From NCBI GenBank assembly GCA_010015585.1, contig ML975154.1: DNA of 64,000 nucleotides. One strand, given 5' to 3'. This DNA comes from Eremomyces bilateralis CBS 781.70 (Eukaryota). The notes beneath the pieces are model-generated. The model was not told the DNA's origin, made no database searches, and saw nothing but the letters and a program-made list of their open reading frames with translations. Shown here in pieces: positions 49,233 through 62,093 of this stretch; the stretch's first letter is position 1; each line of letters begins with the position of its first letter. The translations under genes and the position numbers were made by a program.

Positions 49233-51719
49233 TCAAACCGACGACGAGCCTGCCGCTTTCTTCAGCCCACCGTATTTATCCTTCCAGATCCTGTAAACAC
49301 GCGGAAAAGTCAGTCAACGATATCCAGCACCATCCGCATTTGATACGATTAACGTGAGGGACGCAAGAAAAGGTTTTGAGGGAAGATGGGATGGTCAGCA
49401 GATCCGGGCGCCCCTCCCCGGCCGCGAGGACGTCGCAAGAAGGCGGAGTTTGACCGCGGCACCGGACAAAGTAAGCGGATGCGGAGTCCTGATGGTATTG
49501 GAGGAGAGAGTGAGCAAGGCTTGCGTCCTTTGGATGGACCCTCGCTCGAAGATCGATGGGTTGTCTCCTAGCGTAGCATCGCATGCAGGTTTGAAGACTT
49601 CCGTTCTTGGATGAGGCGAACAGCTGGCTGGACCACGGGAGAGCAGAGCTGTTCACGAACCAGACCATGCAAGGGGATGAATTCCCCAACGGCACGTATC
49701 GATTCTCGAATTGTTCCCGTGCTGGTAGGAGAGGGTGCGGGAGGTGTGGTTGGTGGTAGGGGGCCAGACACCGTGGAGCTTCGAACGTCAAGCTAAGCTC
49801 ATCGTGAATGGTGCCACGTGTACGACGTCGACAGCGAGGACTACATCGCGACCAGCCGTCCACCACCACTCAGCCAGCGCCGAAACGCAAATATGCAGGC
49901 GAGATGTCGGTTCGCATGGATTATGTGATTATTCAACGGGTGGGATGGTTGCTGTGCGCATCGCAGGAAATGGGACCGTCTCGTCTATTCGTTGGGGGCT
50001 TGGCGCCCGACATTGAAACCGGCCGTTGCGTGGGAACGACAGCAGCAAGCACAAAAGCAGGAACAATGCGAGAACGCGTTCGACGCTGTAGAGTGTAGCG
50101 TAGATTTGTTTATTGTTTTGGATTCCTTTTTGAGCCATCTTCGTCGTGATTTGTTTCCCGTGCTCTTTTCAGCTGCGCGATCGTCCGGCCATTCTCCTGG
50201 GGATCCGACGTGATGGAGTCCGGTCCTAAGACAGGAACGAGTGTTCCGAAAATATGGCCGTGGATAGGGACGGGAAGGTAAGGTGACTGATGCAACGAAA
50301 AGGGATACGTACCAACTGTTGCCCACTGTTTTGTGTCCGCTCTGCTCCGCGCGCCGGAGGTACTGCGCCGCTTTGAACTGAGAATCGTGTCAGCCATATG
50401 GAATGCGCATTCTTCTGATACCCAAGATATGAGGCGAGCAGATTGTATCCACTCCATGAATAAACCGAGATTGTCTTTGATCCAAATCAAGTTTGCAAGT
50501 AGATCGTAAACAAGGTACCAGAGTATACCGGTAACTAGCAATCGGCACGCCATGAAACTCACCTTATCCTTCTTCGTCCCAAACCCCTCCAAATAGCACC
50601 ACGCCACCTCATTCATCGCATCCGTATCCCCCAGATTCGCCGCCGTCTCATAATACTGCCTCGCGGCCGCCGGATCCTTCTTGATCCCCCAGCCGTGCCG
50701 GAAGCAGTTTGCCAGCTCGAAGATCGCAAGCACCAGCTCCCCTTTCGCGGCGCCGCCCTTCTTCATGCCAGCCGCCAGCGCGAGGCTTTCGATCTCCGCG
50801 CTATTGGATGCGGCGAAGGAGAGGAAGGTGACGGCGAGGTCGGGTTGGGGGGCGCAGCCCCAGCCGTGTCTGGGGATGGGGAGGGGGTATCAGCCATACG
50901 TCTCTGGAGATGGGAAGGGTGGCGGGATATACCTGAGTGCTAGGCCATAGAGAACTTGACTGAGGGCGTTGTTGGCACCGTTGGGGTCCGCGAGGCGTCC
51001 GAACATTGCCGTTGCGCGTTGGAGATCTAGATCGATTAGCGACGAACTTGCGTGCGTCCATGAATTTGTAACATACCGCCTGCTTCGTGGAGTCGAATCG
51101 CCTCTTGTATGTTCACCTACAGTATGCGACGGCCATAATCAGCGACCACCACCACCATATCGCGGGCGAGCTGTCCATGTACACTCACATCTCCCCCAGC
51201 ATCAGCGACACTTATCCCACCACTCTCCGCCTGATAATTCGCACTCGCTCTCCTTGGCCGCATAATCGGGTTCCCCTGCGCCAGCATTGTCGCTCTTTTC
51301 TCCCACTTCGCCTCCGCCTCATCCCCCAGCTCATCCTCTCCGATGTCGGGTAAATCCGCCGGTACATTGACCGAGCTCGAGCTGGCCGATCGGGATCGCG
51401 ACCCTAGGTGCAGTCGCGCGGACAGTCGCCGCTCGCTTTTGGGTCGTTCGGTGCCTTCCGCGCCGTGGGTGGACGTAGTCGATGCGTTGGAGGAGCTGCG
51501 GAACCGACTAAGGCGCTTGCCGTCCATGGAAGGGCGTCGCGATTTCTGGGAGGAGGGGAAGGCCTCCTCGACTTGCGGAGGGGCAATAATCTCTTGCGTA
51601 TGGGTCGTGGTGCGAAGGAACGTGAATTCGGGGACGGGATTCTCATACGATTCCCGCGTTGGCGCCTCCTCGTGCTCCCCGAGCTTGTCTTTCTTCTTGA
51701 GAAGGTCGCGGATGGTCAT
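49233..51719 (-). CDS. Sel1-repeat protein (Nif1/Dsf2-like)
   Basis: Six exons. LYGLALRHGWG, FELANCFRHGWGIKKD, AANLGDTDAMNEVAWCYLEGFGTKKDKFKAAQYLR, then GNSW|IWKDKY from a terminal exon at 49290-49233. Confidence 0.88.
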
Positions 51720-52355
51720 TTTGCGCTCATCTCAACTTAAGATAGACCTTTCCTACATGACAAGAAATCCAAAAGTTTTTGAAGGGAGTGATGTACCTGA
51801 ATATGCTACTTAAATTAGAATGGCCGGGTTTCCACTTGCGTCACCCAGGCGCAAGCGGGGCGCAGTTATTCTGTGCTGCGACATGGAGTATCGAGTGCCT
51901 GCCTGTCGTTAGGGAGTCGGGACATATTGAAGCTCAAGCTATCCCTACAGGTATGCCAGGAACTCTGAAGTGGATCAGGGGAAATTAAGTCCCCAAAGTT
52001 GGCCATGAAAAGCAAAGTTTCTGTAAGTTACAACACCCGTATTAATGGATGGGAACATCTTCAAATGGCTTTTGAAAGAAAGCGAAATTGACGTCAAACG
52101 AGGCGAGGCAGTACCTTCACCTCTCAGGAGTCTACAGATCATTTACTAGGACCATGGACTTCATGTTCAACTGTTTTTCCATTGATATTATTCTATCAGA
52201 TAATTGATCTTCGTGTATGCACAGGAGTCCATCCATAGCATGTGGACGTCGGAATATGTGTCCTGTCAAGAACACTCCTGGGTATCATGCAATGCTTCCC
52301 GCTCCAGCGCCATGAACGACTGCAACAAAGTACAGGGCAACTTACGACCCGGGCA

Positions 52356-53900
52356 TCAGACGGGAATATAATCCTGCTGCTGCCTCATCTCTTGACCGGT
52401 GCCATCGCCAACATCAAACATTGTCAGATCTTCGGTGACACCGTCAGAATCCACGTCGTCATCACTGTCCGAAGACCGTGGTGTGTCCGTAGATGCGTTG
52501 GAGCTGGACGCCGCTGCCGCTGCCTTCCTGATCTGACCGGCTCGATCAGGATGTGGAAGACGACAGCGAGGGTTGGAGCAGGTTCCTGTGTTAGCATAAT
52601 CTGGACACTCATGGACATGGCGTTCAGGGCACTCGGCACCCTTTTCGCAGTACCCTATTGTAGCGAATGGACGACAGACCGGAGCCCCAGGAGCGGGTTT
52701 CACATGACTGTAGGGACAATTTTGGTTGGAGCAATTACCCCTTAGGAAATGCACACAGAGTGGCACGCGGTGAGCGGTGGGTTCGTGAGAGAGGTCGCAA
52801 GCGTCCCCCTCCGGGCATTCGCCTTTGTGAAGGAAAGTTTTACAGATTGCAACCTTCGACGCATCGTGGATATCGTGGCATCGAGATCCGTGGGCGCAGA
52901 TACCTATGAAATGGGTTAGACTGAACAACATTGGGCCTTCGGCAAACACGATGAATCTGAATCATCACGTGCTGAAAGCTTGCGCTTTGAAAGGGAATCA
53001 AGCTACCAGTCGATGTGAATCTGGGACAGAGCTTGCCAGATTTCACGGGGTTGTGCGTGCTAGAGTCACGGTTAGTTACTGCCTGGTTGCTCATTCCGGA
53101 CACGTACGGCTGGTTCATCAATCCGGCTCGGATGAGGTTGCCGTTTTTGCTTCGTAAATACGTGACTCCGGCAACATTGGCCGTCTTTGGCGTTGGAACA
53201 TGCGGATAAGCTCCTGTTGATGTCAGCCCGTCGTGGCTGACAATGGCGTTGTTAAGAATACCGGGCACTCGGATGAGCTTATTCCCACCGTCAAAAAACG
53301 TGAAGCCAAGGCCGTCAACAAGAACCTGTTTCCCGTCCCCAAGGCCTCCAGGGACGCCAGGTGTGCCGTTGAAATAACTCTGGAGACTGGCCTTATCTTT
53401 CCGGTCACGCAAATCTCGCCGACGCTTCATCGTCTCATCAATTTCCTTGGACCGTTGCTGCGTTCGTTGATCGTAAACCGAAGCATTTATTAGCTGCATA
53501 TGCCTGTCACGCTTCGAGACCCAGGCTTGCGAGCCATTAGAGTTATCCGAGAGCGATCCATGGCTCTCTCCTGCTGCGGCTGTTTCTAGACCACCCGGTT
53601 GAGCGGAGGTCAGAACTAGTGACCGGTTGCGGTATGCGGGTGCTCGGGTTTTGTTGATACGGGCTCGTGGAAATGATGGGCTGGATGGGCTAGCATATGG
53701 ATGGTGATAACCAGGTGCGGCTATGTCATTGATCAGTACGGCTCAGAACAGTAAAAACACTAATGGAAACTTACTGTGCTGCTTGTGACGGTTGATCTGG
53801 CCTGTAGAACTGAGTTAGGACGATGTGAGAATCCACGGCAGCCGAACTTACCAGCTAGAGCAGCGATCTTCGCCTTCAGTTCGCTATTCTCATCAGACAT
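52356..53900 (-). CDS. CCCH zinc-finger protein (ZC3H3/Red5-like), multi-exon
   Basis: ATG at 53900 (MSDENSELKAKIAALAG). YLRSKNGNL motif and tandem CCCH fingers CKTFLHKGECPEGDACDLSH, CVHFLRGNCSNQNCPYSH, CRPFATIGYCEKGAECPERH, CPDYANTGTCSNPRCRLPH. Confidence 0.88.
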
Positions 53901-54386
53901 TCTGGTGCTGTTAGGCGTTAGTATGCATGTGAGCTAACGGATAGCAGATAACAAGATCCGGTGGTACGGCGACTCGTGGAAGACGATTGTATGGAAAAGA
54001 GGAAGAGAGGAAGTTAAAGTTGGGAGGAACCAAAGGTGAACAAAGGCAATCGATGATAACTGAAGGCGGATGAGTGAAGTTGGGAAGGAACGTCAGTTGG
54101 ATTCACGTGATTGATGTTTGTTAGGCATCAAGGCCGAAATCTCTTTTGGCTACTTAGTCACGTGTTGCGGCTGATGATAGAGTCACGTGGCCCATCCACT
54201 CTGATCAACATATCTTCCATAATTAACTACAATTAGTTAAGTTAGCCCAGGTTAGATAGTTTCTCTTTTCTTCGTCAAACTTTAGAAAAATAATTAAAAG
54301 GCGGTGAAGACTATTAGAACAGCTAACTTATCCGTACATTATTCCCTCAAGATCCCTTTAGCACCGTCTTCAATATAAGTTTACAA

Positions 54387-55389
54387 ATGGACTCTACAGC
54401 ATCTTCGTATGGACAAAAAATCGTTCAAGATGTAACTATTCCTGACCGCTCTCAGCCCCCCATATTTCGAGGGGAATACCTTGACCATTCAAATTGATGG
54501 ACAGCCATCGAACAATCTGGACGTAACCGTCCTCAAAGCTTTTGAGCCTTTCACCCTTTCATGCGCTTTACTTGTTCAGCTCGACTGGTCGATGTTGAAG
54601 TTGAAAGGCCAATATGTACTCAAACTCTTCGATCGACGCTTTGCTACAGAAGTTCGGCGGTATAATAAAGCCTGCCCTTGGGATCCTAAGATCGAGGACG
54701 AATATCGCAATTTCGTCTACGACGATGACATATCAGCGCTTTTTACATTCTGTGCGGAACAAGAGACCGATTACAAGTGGACTCCAAGCGCGCAAAAGGA
54801 CTGGAATGGAGCTCACCTTGAAGCTTATCTACAGTACTGCTGCCGAAACTACTATATGACGGAAACACAAGTATACGACCGACTCCCCGATTTGCAAGGC
54901 GAGGATATTCCCCGTCTTATAGCGCGTGTGCTAATAAGACGCCCCTCGAGCGCCGGTCTAATCGATAAATATCTCGACTGTCCGGGCATCCTGTTAGAAT
55001 ATATCCAAGGCTACCACTTAACTGACCTTGAAGAAAACACGCCGAAAGCCGCCTGGCAACAAATATGCGATGAGGCCATCCGCATTGTCAACCGGATCGG
55101 CGAGCGAGATATCCGCAACGAAGATGTCAAGACCAGGAATTTCATCATCCGAACAGATCCACGTACGGCCCTGCTTAAAATAATCATGCTAGATTTTGGT
55201 GCCTGCGTTCTACGGAAACCAGACCAAGACGACCAAGAGTGGCGAGCACAGAAAGCGGCGCAAGACGAAGAGGGCGCGATTGGCCTGGTCATGGAAAAGA
55301 AGCTAAAAGGAGGCTTTCAATATACACGATCTGAGGGATCTGAGAGGTTGATGAGAGAATTTCAGAGCTGGACACCAAAGCCGAGTTGA
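54387..55389 (+). CDS. Atypical protein-kinase-like fold protein (~317 aa)
   Basis: Exons 54387-54406 and 54456-55389 (GTATGG..CTGAC..CAG intron). VLKLFDRRF, TETQVYDRL, ILLEYIQG, NEDVKTRNFII, LDFG. Confidence 0.8.
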
Positions 55390-55925
55390 CTCTAAAGAAC
55401 TTGTTGTAAGCCTTTTGCATGCCGTCCAGCACGGTGGTAGGTATATAATTCGGACATAACTCCATCATAGACAAGGTTAATATTCAATCTTATCCGGAGG
55501 GGAAAAAATTGATGGCCCTGATGTATATCCCTAGGGCGTCCAAAACTCTTACCCGTTACTCTCTTTTCGCCTTCCATTACCTCTGGAGTAGAAATACCGT
55601 CTTACACCCCTTTAATAAGATTAATCGATAGTTTTATTCCCTTTCCGCGAGGCTGGAGGAGCACGTCAAAGGTAAAGGACCCTCAACTTCTTCCACCCCA
55701 GATGCTAGAACTCATAACGGGGACTTCAGTGGTGTAGGTCTGTCATCCAACCTCTATTGTATTTACACTGGGAATGGTCGCATTAATGTCACCCACTCGA
55801 TAGCTGAGAATTATTAAATGGCTCAGTTCAATCAGAAGCAACTATCGGGGAATTTAATTACTTCTACTCCTTCGGTGTTAGTTTCCAGACTCCCCATGAA
55901 ACTCTCCAAGACAGCCCAACCATCA

Positions 55926-57466
55926 TCAGCTCGCTTTGTCCGTCTTTTCCGCGAAGCCATGCTCGATCAACTCGCTGTCCGGCACGTCACCAGGAGTCGC
56001 ACTCTCCGCCAACCCCTCGCGTTGAGCATCGAGCATCGTGAAAGGCGCGGGGTTCGCCTTTGGATCCCCCTCGCCGCTCTTGAACTGGTATCCCCGGATC
56101 CTGTGACAATCAGTCAACATCCTTTGAAATCCCGTTGAAGATACGTACCTGGGACCTAGTCCTGTTTGCTCCGGCAAATCTGGTACATAATATCTCTCAA
56201 ATGCCAATCGATCTTCCTCGAATGTCCCATCTGCGATGCTCTTCCTCACTCTGGCAAAGAAGTTGTCCATCACATGATGGTTATGCATCTGCAATAGGAC
56301 CCAGGCCAGCATTTCTCTGGCGTTTAGGAGGTGCTGCAAGAATGCTCGATGGTGGGATGTGCAACAATGACAAGAGCAACCCTCCATCACGGCCGAAACA
56401 TCCGCTTCATAGACCTTATCCCAAAGGTTGAGTCCCAATTCTACCGGACTTGACCGAGTGTCCACAGAAGTAGTTGCAGGGGGTGGGAACTGGAAGGTTA
56501 ACGCTATCCCCGCGTCGGAGGCAAGGTTGATGAATGGAACGATGAAGACGTCATATCCTGAAGCGATTTGTTGTAGTAGCTGGTTTGGACTTGTCAAAGG
56601 CGACATGGATAGTCGCGGGAGCAGAGTCAACGGCTCTGGCAAATTACCAATCGCTTCGGCGTCATATATCGCCAATCCCGATATCTCATCCTTCAGTTCT
56701 TCGGAGAGTTTGTCGATATACGCCCATTGACGCCCGATCGGGACCGGCGGGATAGGCGCAAACAGCGTCGGGCGGCTCTCCTGAACCTCCGGACGGTTCA
56801 ACTGCTCGATCATCTTCGTGACCCAGGAGAAAGTACGGTCTGACACTTTCTCCATCCGTCGTCTGCTCGGGTTATGGTCATACACGACGTCGGCGAGGCA
56901 TATAGCGATATCCGGACACAGCTTCAGCGTGGCTGTAATATAGTCCTGTACGGGTAGGCTTCGGAAGCCGACAGAGGCGCATATTGATATGCTAGTATCG
57001 GTGTTGTGTGCGGATCCAACTACGGGCGTGTATCGACGAGCGCCGAGGACGGCAATGTTATCCTCAGGAAGGCATATAAACCGCTTGAGCGCAGACTCGT
57101 TGGGAGCGGCATCTTGGTTGTATATTGGAGGAACGTCACGCGGTATCTTCTCTATAACTTCGGCGCTCCAAAGAGCTCTCTGTCAGACACATTTCCGGTT
57201 CCTCAGAAGGGTTCCCTAGACCTACAGTCTTCTAGCGAAAGGTAGACTCCAGATACGTTTGTATGTCTGCGGAAGTTATCTGGAGACAGATGAGGGATAA
57301 CCCCTCTCGATGCATTCCCCAAGTAATTCGGCGTCTCCAAAACTTTTCTTCCAGCAAGGCTTAAACGACCGAGTCGTGGGCCGGAAGACTCAATTGCCTT
57401 CTGGATTGTGAAAATGCGCATCTCATCAGGCAGAGTTTCAAGCTGTTCAGGAGTCAATTCGGCCAT
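55926..57466 (-). CDS. QTRT2: Queuine tRNA-ribosyltransferase accessory subunit (non-catalytic TGT-like)
   Basis: RLGRL...ETP...SRGVIPHLSPD at the N-terminus. Zn site CSCHCCTSHHRAFLQHLLNAREMLAWVLLQMHNHH. Introns near 57157-57224 and 56101-56149. Confidence 0.88.
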
Positions 57467-57684
57467 GACAGCGGTTCATAACGATGGTCATTCAGCGTGT
57501 TCATAATAAGTACGCGGAATTCGGAGCGAACATGAATATCAAAGATCTCGAATATTTGGTCAAACCTCAGGCTGTAAGGCAAAAGGTCCACTTTTTGCTC
57601 AGCCCCTTTTCAAGTCCAAACCTCTGAAGCATGGAATCTCACCCAATAATACAGCTTTTCCTTAATCAATTCTCTCTGTGATCA

Positions 57685-58518
57685 ATGGATAAGCCGACAA
57701 TCTTGATCGTGCCAGGAGGCTTCACACTGCCTGAACTGTACAGTGACGTGATCACCCATGTCGCGAATGAAGGATACTCGGTTCAAGCTCTTCACCTTCC
57801 CAGCGTAGGCTACAAAGCCAACGTTGCAGGCACCATGCAAGACGACGCCGCTTTCATCGCTTCAGAAATCTCAAAGCACGCAAACGAAGGCAAAGACGTC
57901 GTACTCATCGCCCACTCTTACGGCGGTCTACCTGCTACAGAAAGCACAAAAGGACTCAGCAAAGTTGATAGACAGCGACAGGGCAATTCAGGCGGTCTGG
58001 TGAGACTGGCTTATATTTCGTGCATCATTCTACCAGTCGGAGAATCTGATGCCAGCGTTATTATGCCGGACAATATGCTTCCCCGAGCCGCTCCATTCGA
58101 GATTAGGTTTGATGTCTGTCTCGCTTCATGCAATTTGTGTGTCTGGGGCTAACGTGAAATATAGGATGATGGATGGTTGCATCAGACGGACATCTCGGCT
58201 ACTGCTTCCAGTGTCTTCAACGACTTGCCGAAGGAAGACGGCGAAAAGTGGGCAAAGATGAGTACTCGTCATTCGGGTTCTACGTTTCCTGCTAGTCTGA
58301 GTCATGCTGGGTTCAAAGATGTGCCGGTTTCGTATTTGCTGTGTACCAAGGACCTTGCGCAGGAGCCCGAGCTCCAGAGAGCGAGCATCGTGATGATGGA
58401 AAGGCAGATCGGTGGCAAGGTTGATGTTACAGAAATCGAATCTGGACATGCGCCAAATGCATCTCGGCCTAAGGAAGTCGCAGATTGGATCATCTCCATC
58501 ACCGAGCGGTCAGCATGA
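57685..58518 (+). CDS. Alpha/beta-hydrolase fold protein
   Basis: Exons 57685-58113 and 58165-58518. IVPGGF, nucleophile AHSYGG, CTKD acid, SGHAP His. Confidence 0.9.
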
Positions 58519-58699
58519 ATGTCGATTGCATTTTGGCATGACTTCCAAGATTTCTGGTTGCGTGAAGCAGTGTCGCTTTGAACCACTCCGATCTCCACGG
58601 CATTTTCAGGCTATCCCATCTCGACGATCCCTCAATAGTCTCGAACTCACGTATCAAACTGTTCAACTTGTCCCGTACCTCAGCAGGAAAGTGTGTCTG

Positions 58700-59647
58700 A
58701 CGCGTCGTGGCCTCCGGCAACCCAGCGAGCATAAAGAATTTCCTGGGCATGGAAATATCGCGACGAGTTCGAATGGCTCTGCTGAGCACGATGACTCTTT
58801 TGCAATTGGCGAGAAGTCGTTGCGTATCCGCAGGAGAGACGTTTCAATCTGAGATCTCACCATCAGCATGAATCTCCAAATTCTCTAGCAGTGACCCCAA
58901 GACTCTGCCATTGATGATTGGAATTTTCAGCGTGTGCAAGATGTTTGAATTGCCCGAAGCCAAAGTACCTGTGATTTGTCCCTTCACGAAGGGCGTCGCG
59001 TAACCCCGGAGGGATGTTAGTTGTTCCTCGCACTTGCCCGCGGAATATAAGTATATTTACATTGCGAACGGCTTGAGAATATACCTAACTTTCTCCAACT
59101 AGCAAACTTCAATCTTAACAAGAATTTCTTCCTCTCAGAGTCCTTGCACACTGAACCAGCACGTCGTTTTGTCCTTTACCACTAAACTATTGGGGGTAAT
59201 GAGGCCACAAGAGTTTAGTAAGAATAACGGCTTTGGTTTGCATAGATCTCCTTGATTGATGTAGGGCCAAATGGATGCGTCTCTGGAGCGGGTACTACCT
59301 TTCCGTTGCTGGTCCGTTTCTTTTCCGAATCTGTCGAAATTAGGTCGGCGGGTCTTCGACATTCCGGGCCGCGATCGGAGAAGGAGTTGTCGCCGGTGTT
59401 CCATTGCCTTTTTCGACCAATGGTTCTGAATCGTCCCTTCGTGTCGTTCGATGATCGGGTTCAACCGATGGAAATCCTTCCAGATATTCGCCGCCTGTCG
59501 ACAGGCTTGATTCCTAGCATATTCAGGTGGGAGTTCTGAGACGCCATAGCGACCATGGAATGATTTTAAGGCATCTCCAATATCACTCCAGTGAAAACCT
59601 GACAGCTCATGTATGTTGCATGGATTCCGCTGTACAGACGATAACAT
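58700..59647 (-). pseudogene. Probable decayed copy of an uncharacterised fungal gene family
   Basis: ORF 59135-59647 has IIERHEGTIQNHWSKK...RPNFDRF...QRKGSTRSRDASIWPYINQGDL.KPKPLFLLN, which I recall as the N-terminus of much longer fungal hypothetical proteins. The frame stops shortly after and only fragments follow. Confidence 0.5.
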
Positions 59648-60938
59648 TTTTGACTGATCGGTTGCAAATGAAAAGGGTCAAACTGTGAACCGATGAACAG
59701 AAAGAGGAGAGGTACACAGAGCGCTGGGTGACCAAAGAAAGGATTAACCGTGAGCGACTTATATGTGAGGAAGGAATTATGTTTTGTTCTGTGCCGCCTG
59801 CCGTGAAGTTGAGTTATACATGGATGATTATACAATCTATTGTATATTCATTTGCGAAATTGAAAAGGGCAGTATTTATTGCATTTAATGGTACCAGAGA
59901 CGATTAATAATAGATAGATAGCGTGGTACGAATAGTTACTTGTCCCGGCCTCTTGACTCTAAAATCAACAAAGACGATGATGTTAAAAAGAATCCGATAT
60001 GATTGGACACGCAAATATTCCAGAATAGATGATTAAGCCCTGATTGCCTCATTGATGCCGCGTTAATAATACAGAAATCACCAGATTGCTATAGAAGGCT
60101 TCATTAATAAATGAGAGTCGAGGAGGTTGAATTTTCTGGCTACAGTGAAAGCCGACTTTTATAGTTCTAGAGCCAACCCGGTGGGGGATATCCACAGCAA
60201 ACGGAACGATCAGTCTCAGCCGTCAATACCTTGGGTACAATAATAATGCCTACCTAATAACGAGGCAGCCACAGGAGAGGTATTATTGTCTGTCCATGAC
60301 ACTGAGTGTTACGGCACGGTAGCTGGATGCACCCAATATACGCGTAGCCAAAGATATTCTAGATTGAGATGAACAGTACAAGGTAACTATGACAGAGGAA
60401 TCTTGATGAGGTTCCGTCTCTACGCTAGACTTGATTAGGTTGAGGCTCTCAGCCTATGCCAATCATAGGCCATGCCCATAACACTGAGTATCTCTTGCTT
60501 CCTACTCTGTCAGTTACCAATGGTTTAGCATGACAGACGTTTCCCTTTGTGTACGTGCAATAAGCTCACAACCAGCATATTGTAGAATGTTGAATCTGAT
60601 AGTCTTCATTACTCTTCTCCTCATCAGCATATCTCTACCTCTCTATTGAGCGAGTGATTCCCTCCAGTCATCATATTCCATAGCTCATCCATGCCCTCCT
60701 CACTATCTCTATGCCCTCAAAAAAAACTGCCACGTAAAACGCCCAGTGGATCATGGCCTGCGCCGACCATGCCATCCATGCATGCATACTCAGATTACCG
60801 AATATCCGTCGATAAAACAATCCCATCCGAACTCCTCGCTATGAATGCGATATCCATTCCTCTCGAGCGCACCGCCTGCGGCTGCTCCGTCTCCTTGCTG
60901 TCTCGTAGGTTGAACTGCGTCGTCCGTCGTCATCATCA

Positions 60939-62093
60939 TCAGACGCCCATCGTGCGCCCTTGAACTTGATTCCCGCCGAAAACCCTCACCCAGATCCCCC
61001 CGCCGACGCGCTGCTTCTTCGCCGGCTTCTCATCCATGGCGTTGACGTCCTCTTTCCGTCCGCGCATCGCCATCTTCCCCGCAGGCACTTCGCCGTACAA
61101 TCGCCCCGACGGCGCCGGCAACGCGCCGGGCCACCGCGCCTTCCCGTCGATGCGGATGACGGGCGCCTCGAGGTGGACGAGCGACTCGGAGTCGAACTCG
61201 ACGGGGGCGGCGTCGTACATGGGGTGCGGGAGGTCGTCGGGGTCCGCGTAGGGGTCGAGGAGGGAGAGTGGGGTGCTGGAGCGGGAGGAGCGGGAGTCGG
61301 CATCGCTGGTGGAGGTGGTGGAGCGGGAAGGGGGAGAGAGGGAGGGGGTACGGCTGGAGGAGCGGGAAGAGGGGCCCGTGGGGAGGTAGGCGTAGCTGGA
61401 GGAGGTGGAGTTGATGAAGGAGCTGTAGGGGGAGGAGTGGGCGCGGCGGTGGGCGTTGACGCGGGCGGCGTGGGCGGCCTTTTCGGCAGCGATGGCGCGG
61501 GAGGCGTCTTGTTGGGCGCGGATGGGCGCGAGGAAGGGGTCGAGGTGGGTGTAGAGGTCTTCTTGTGTGATGCGGAGATCCCAGTCGAGGAGGAAGAGGA
61601 GCTGCTTCTCCATCAGGTTCACCTCAGTGATGGCGAAGCCCCAGGACTCGTAGCCTTTGACGGCGGTGTAGCGGGCCCAGTGCTTGTTTTTGGGGGAGGA
61701 GTCGTTGAGGTACTTGGCTGAGAGGATGAGTGCCGCGAGAAGGATGCGGTGCACGGTACATCGCATGCCCTTGGCAACCGGGGGTAGCCGTGATTGTAGG
61801 CGTGAGAGGTAGACGAGGGTGGACATGAGAGTGGGGATTTGGACATGAGAGCGGGTGACAAGGGATGTGATAAATTCCGTGAGTGAAGGGAGAGGAGGTT
61901 GCTGTGAGGATGGGTGTGGTGGACTTGGTGATGGTGTTGGTGGGAGGTTCTTGTTAAGAGAGGAGTCGCAGCGGATGACCTGACTGGCCTTGAAGGCGAG
62001 GTGGTTGATCATCTCTTTTGAGACGGGAAGTTGGATGAAGTAGTCCAGGGCGGCCTTATTCTGGACCGGTGTCGGGGGTGGTGAGAGCTCCAT
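60939..62093 (-). CDS. PCL1: Pho85-type cyclin (Pcl1/2 family)
   Basis: Intronless, 384 aa. [73 protein letters not shown]-rich tail. Confidence 0.92.
   Translation of the reverse strand: MELSPPPTPVQNKAALDYFIQLPVSKEMINHLAFKASQVIRCDSSLNKNLPPTPSPSPPHPSSQQPPLPSLTEFITSLVTRSHVQIPTLMSTLVYLSRLQSRLPPVAKGMRCTVHRILLAALILSAKYLNDSSPKNKHWARYTAVKGYESWGFAITEVNLMEKQLLFLLDWDLRITQEDLYTHLDPFLAPIRAQQDASRAIAAEKAAHAARVNAHRRAHSSPYSSFINSTSSSYAYLPTGPSSRSSSRTPSLSPPSRSTTSTSDADSRSSRSSTPLSLLDPYADPDDLPHPMYDAAPVEFDSESLVHLEAPVIRIDGKARWPGALPAPSGRLYGEVPAGKMAMRGRKEDVNAMDEKPAKKQRVGGGIWVRVFGGNQVQGRTMGV

Noticed and set aside
49291..50312. TPP riboswitch or C/D snoRNA in the long intron
   Set aside because: No recognisable TPP consensus or clean box C/D pair was seen. 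A covariance-model search is needed.
54387..54481. Apparent frameshift at a C6 run in the kinase-like gene
   Set aside because: Resolved by a canonical 49-nt intron (54407-54455) with a CTGAC branch site.
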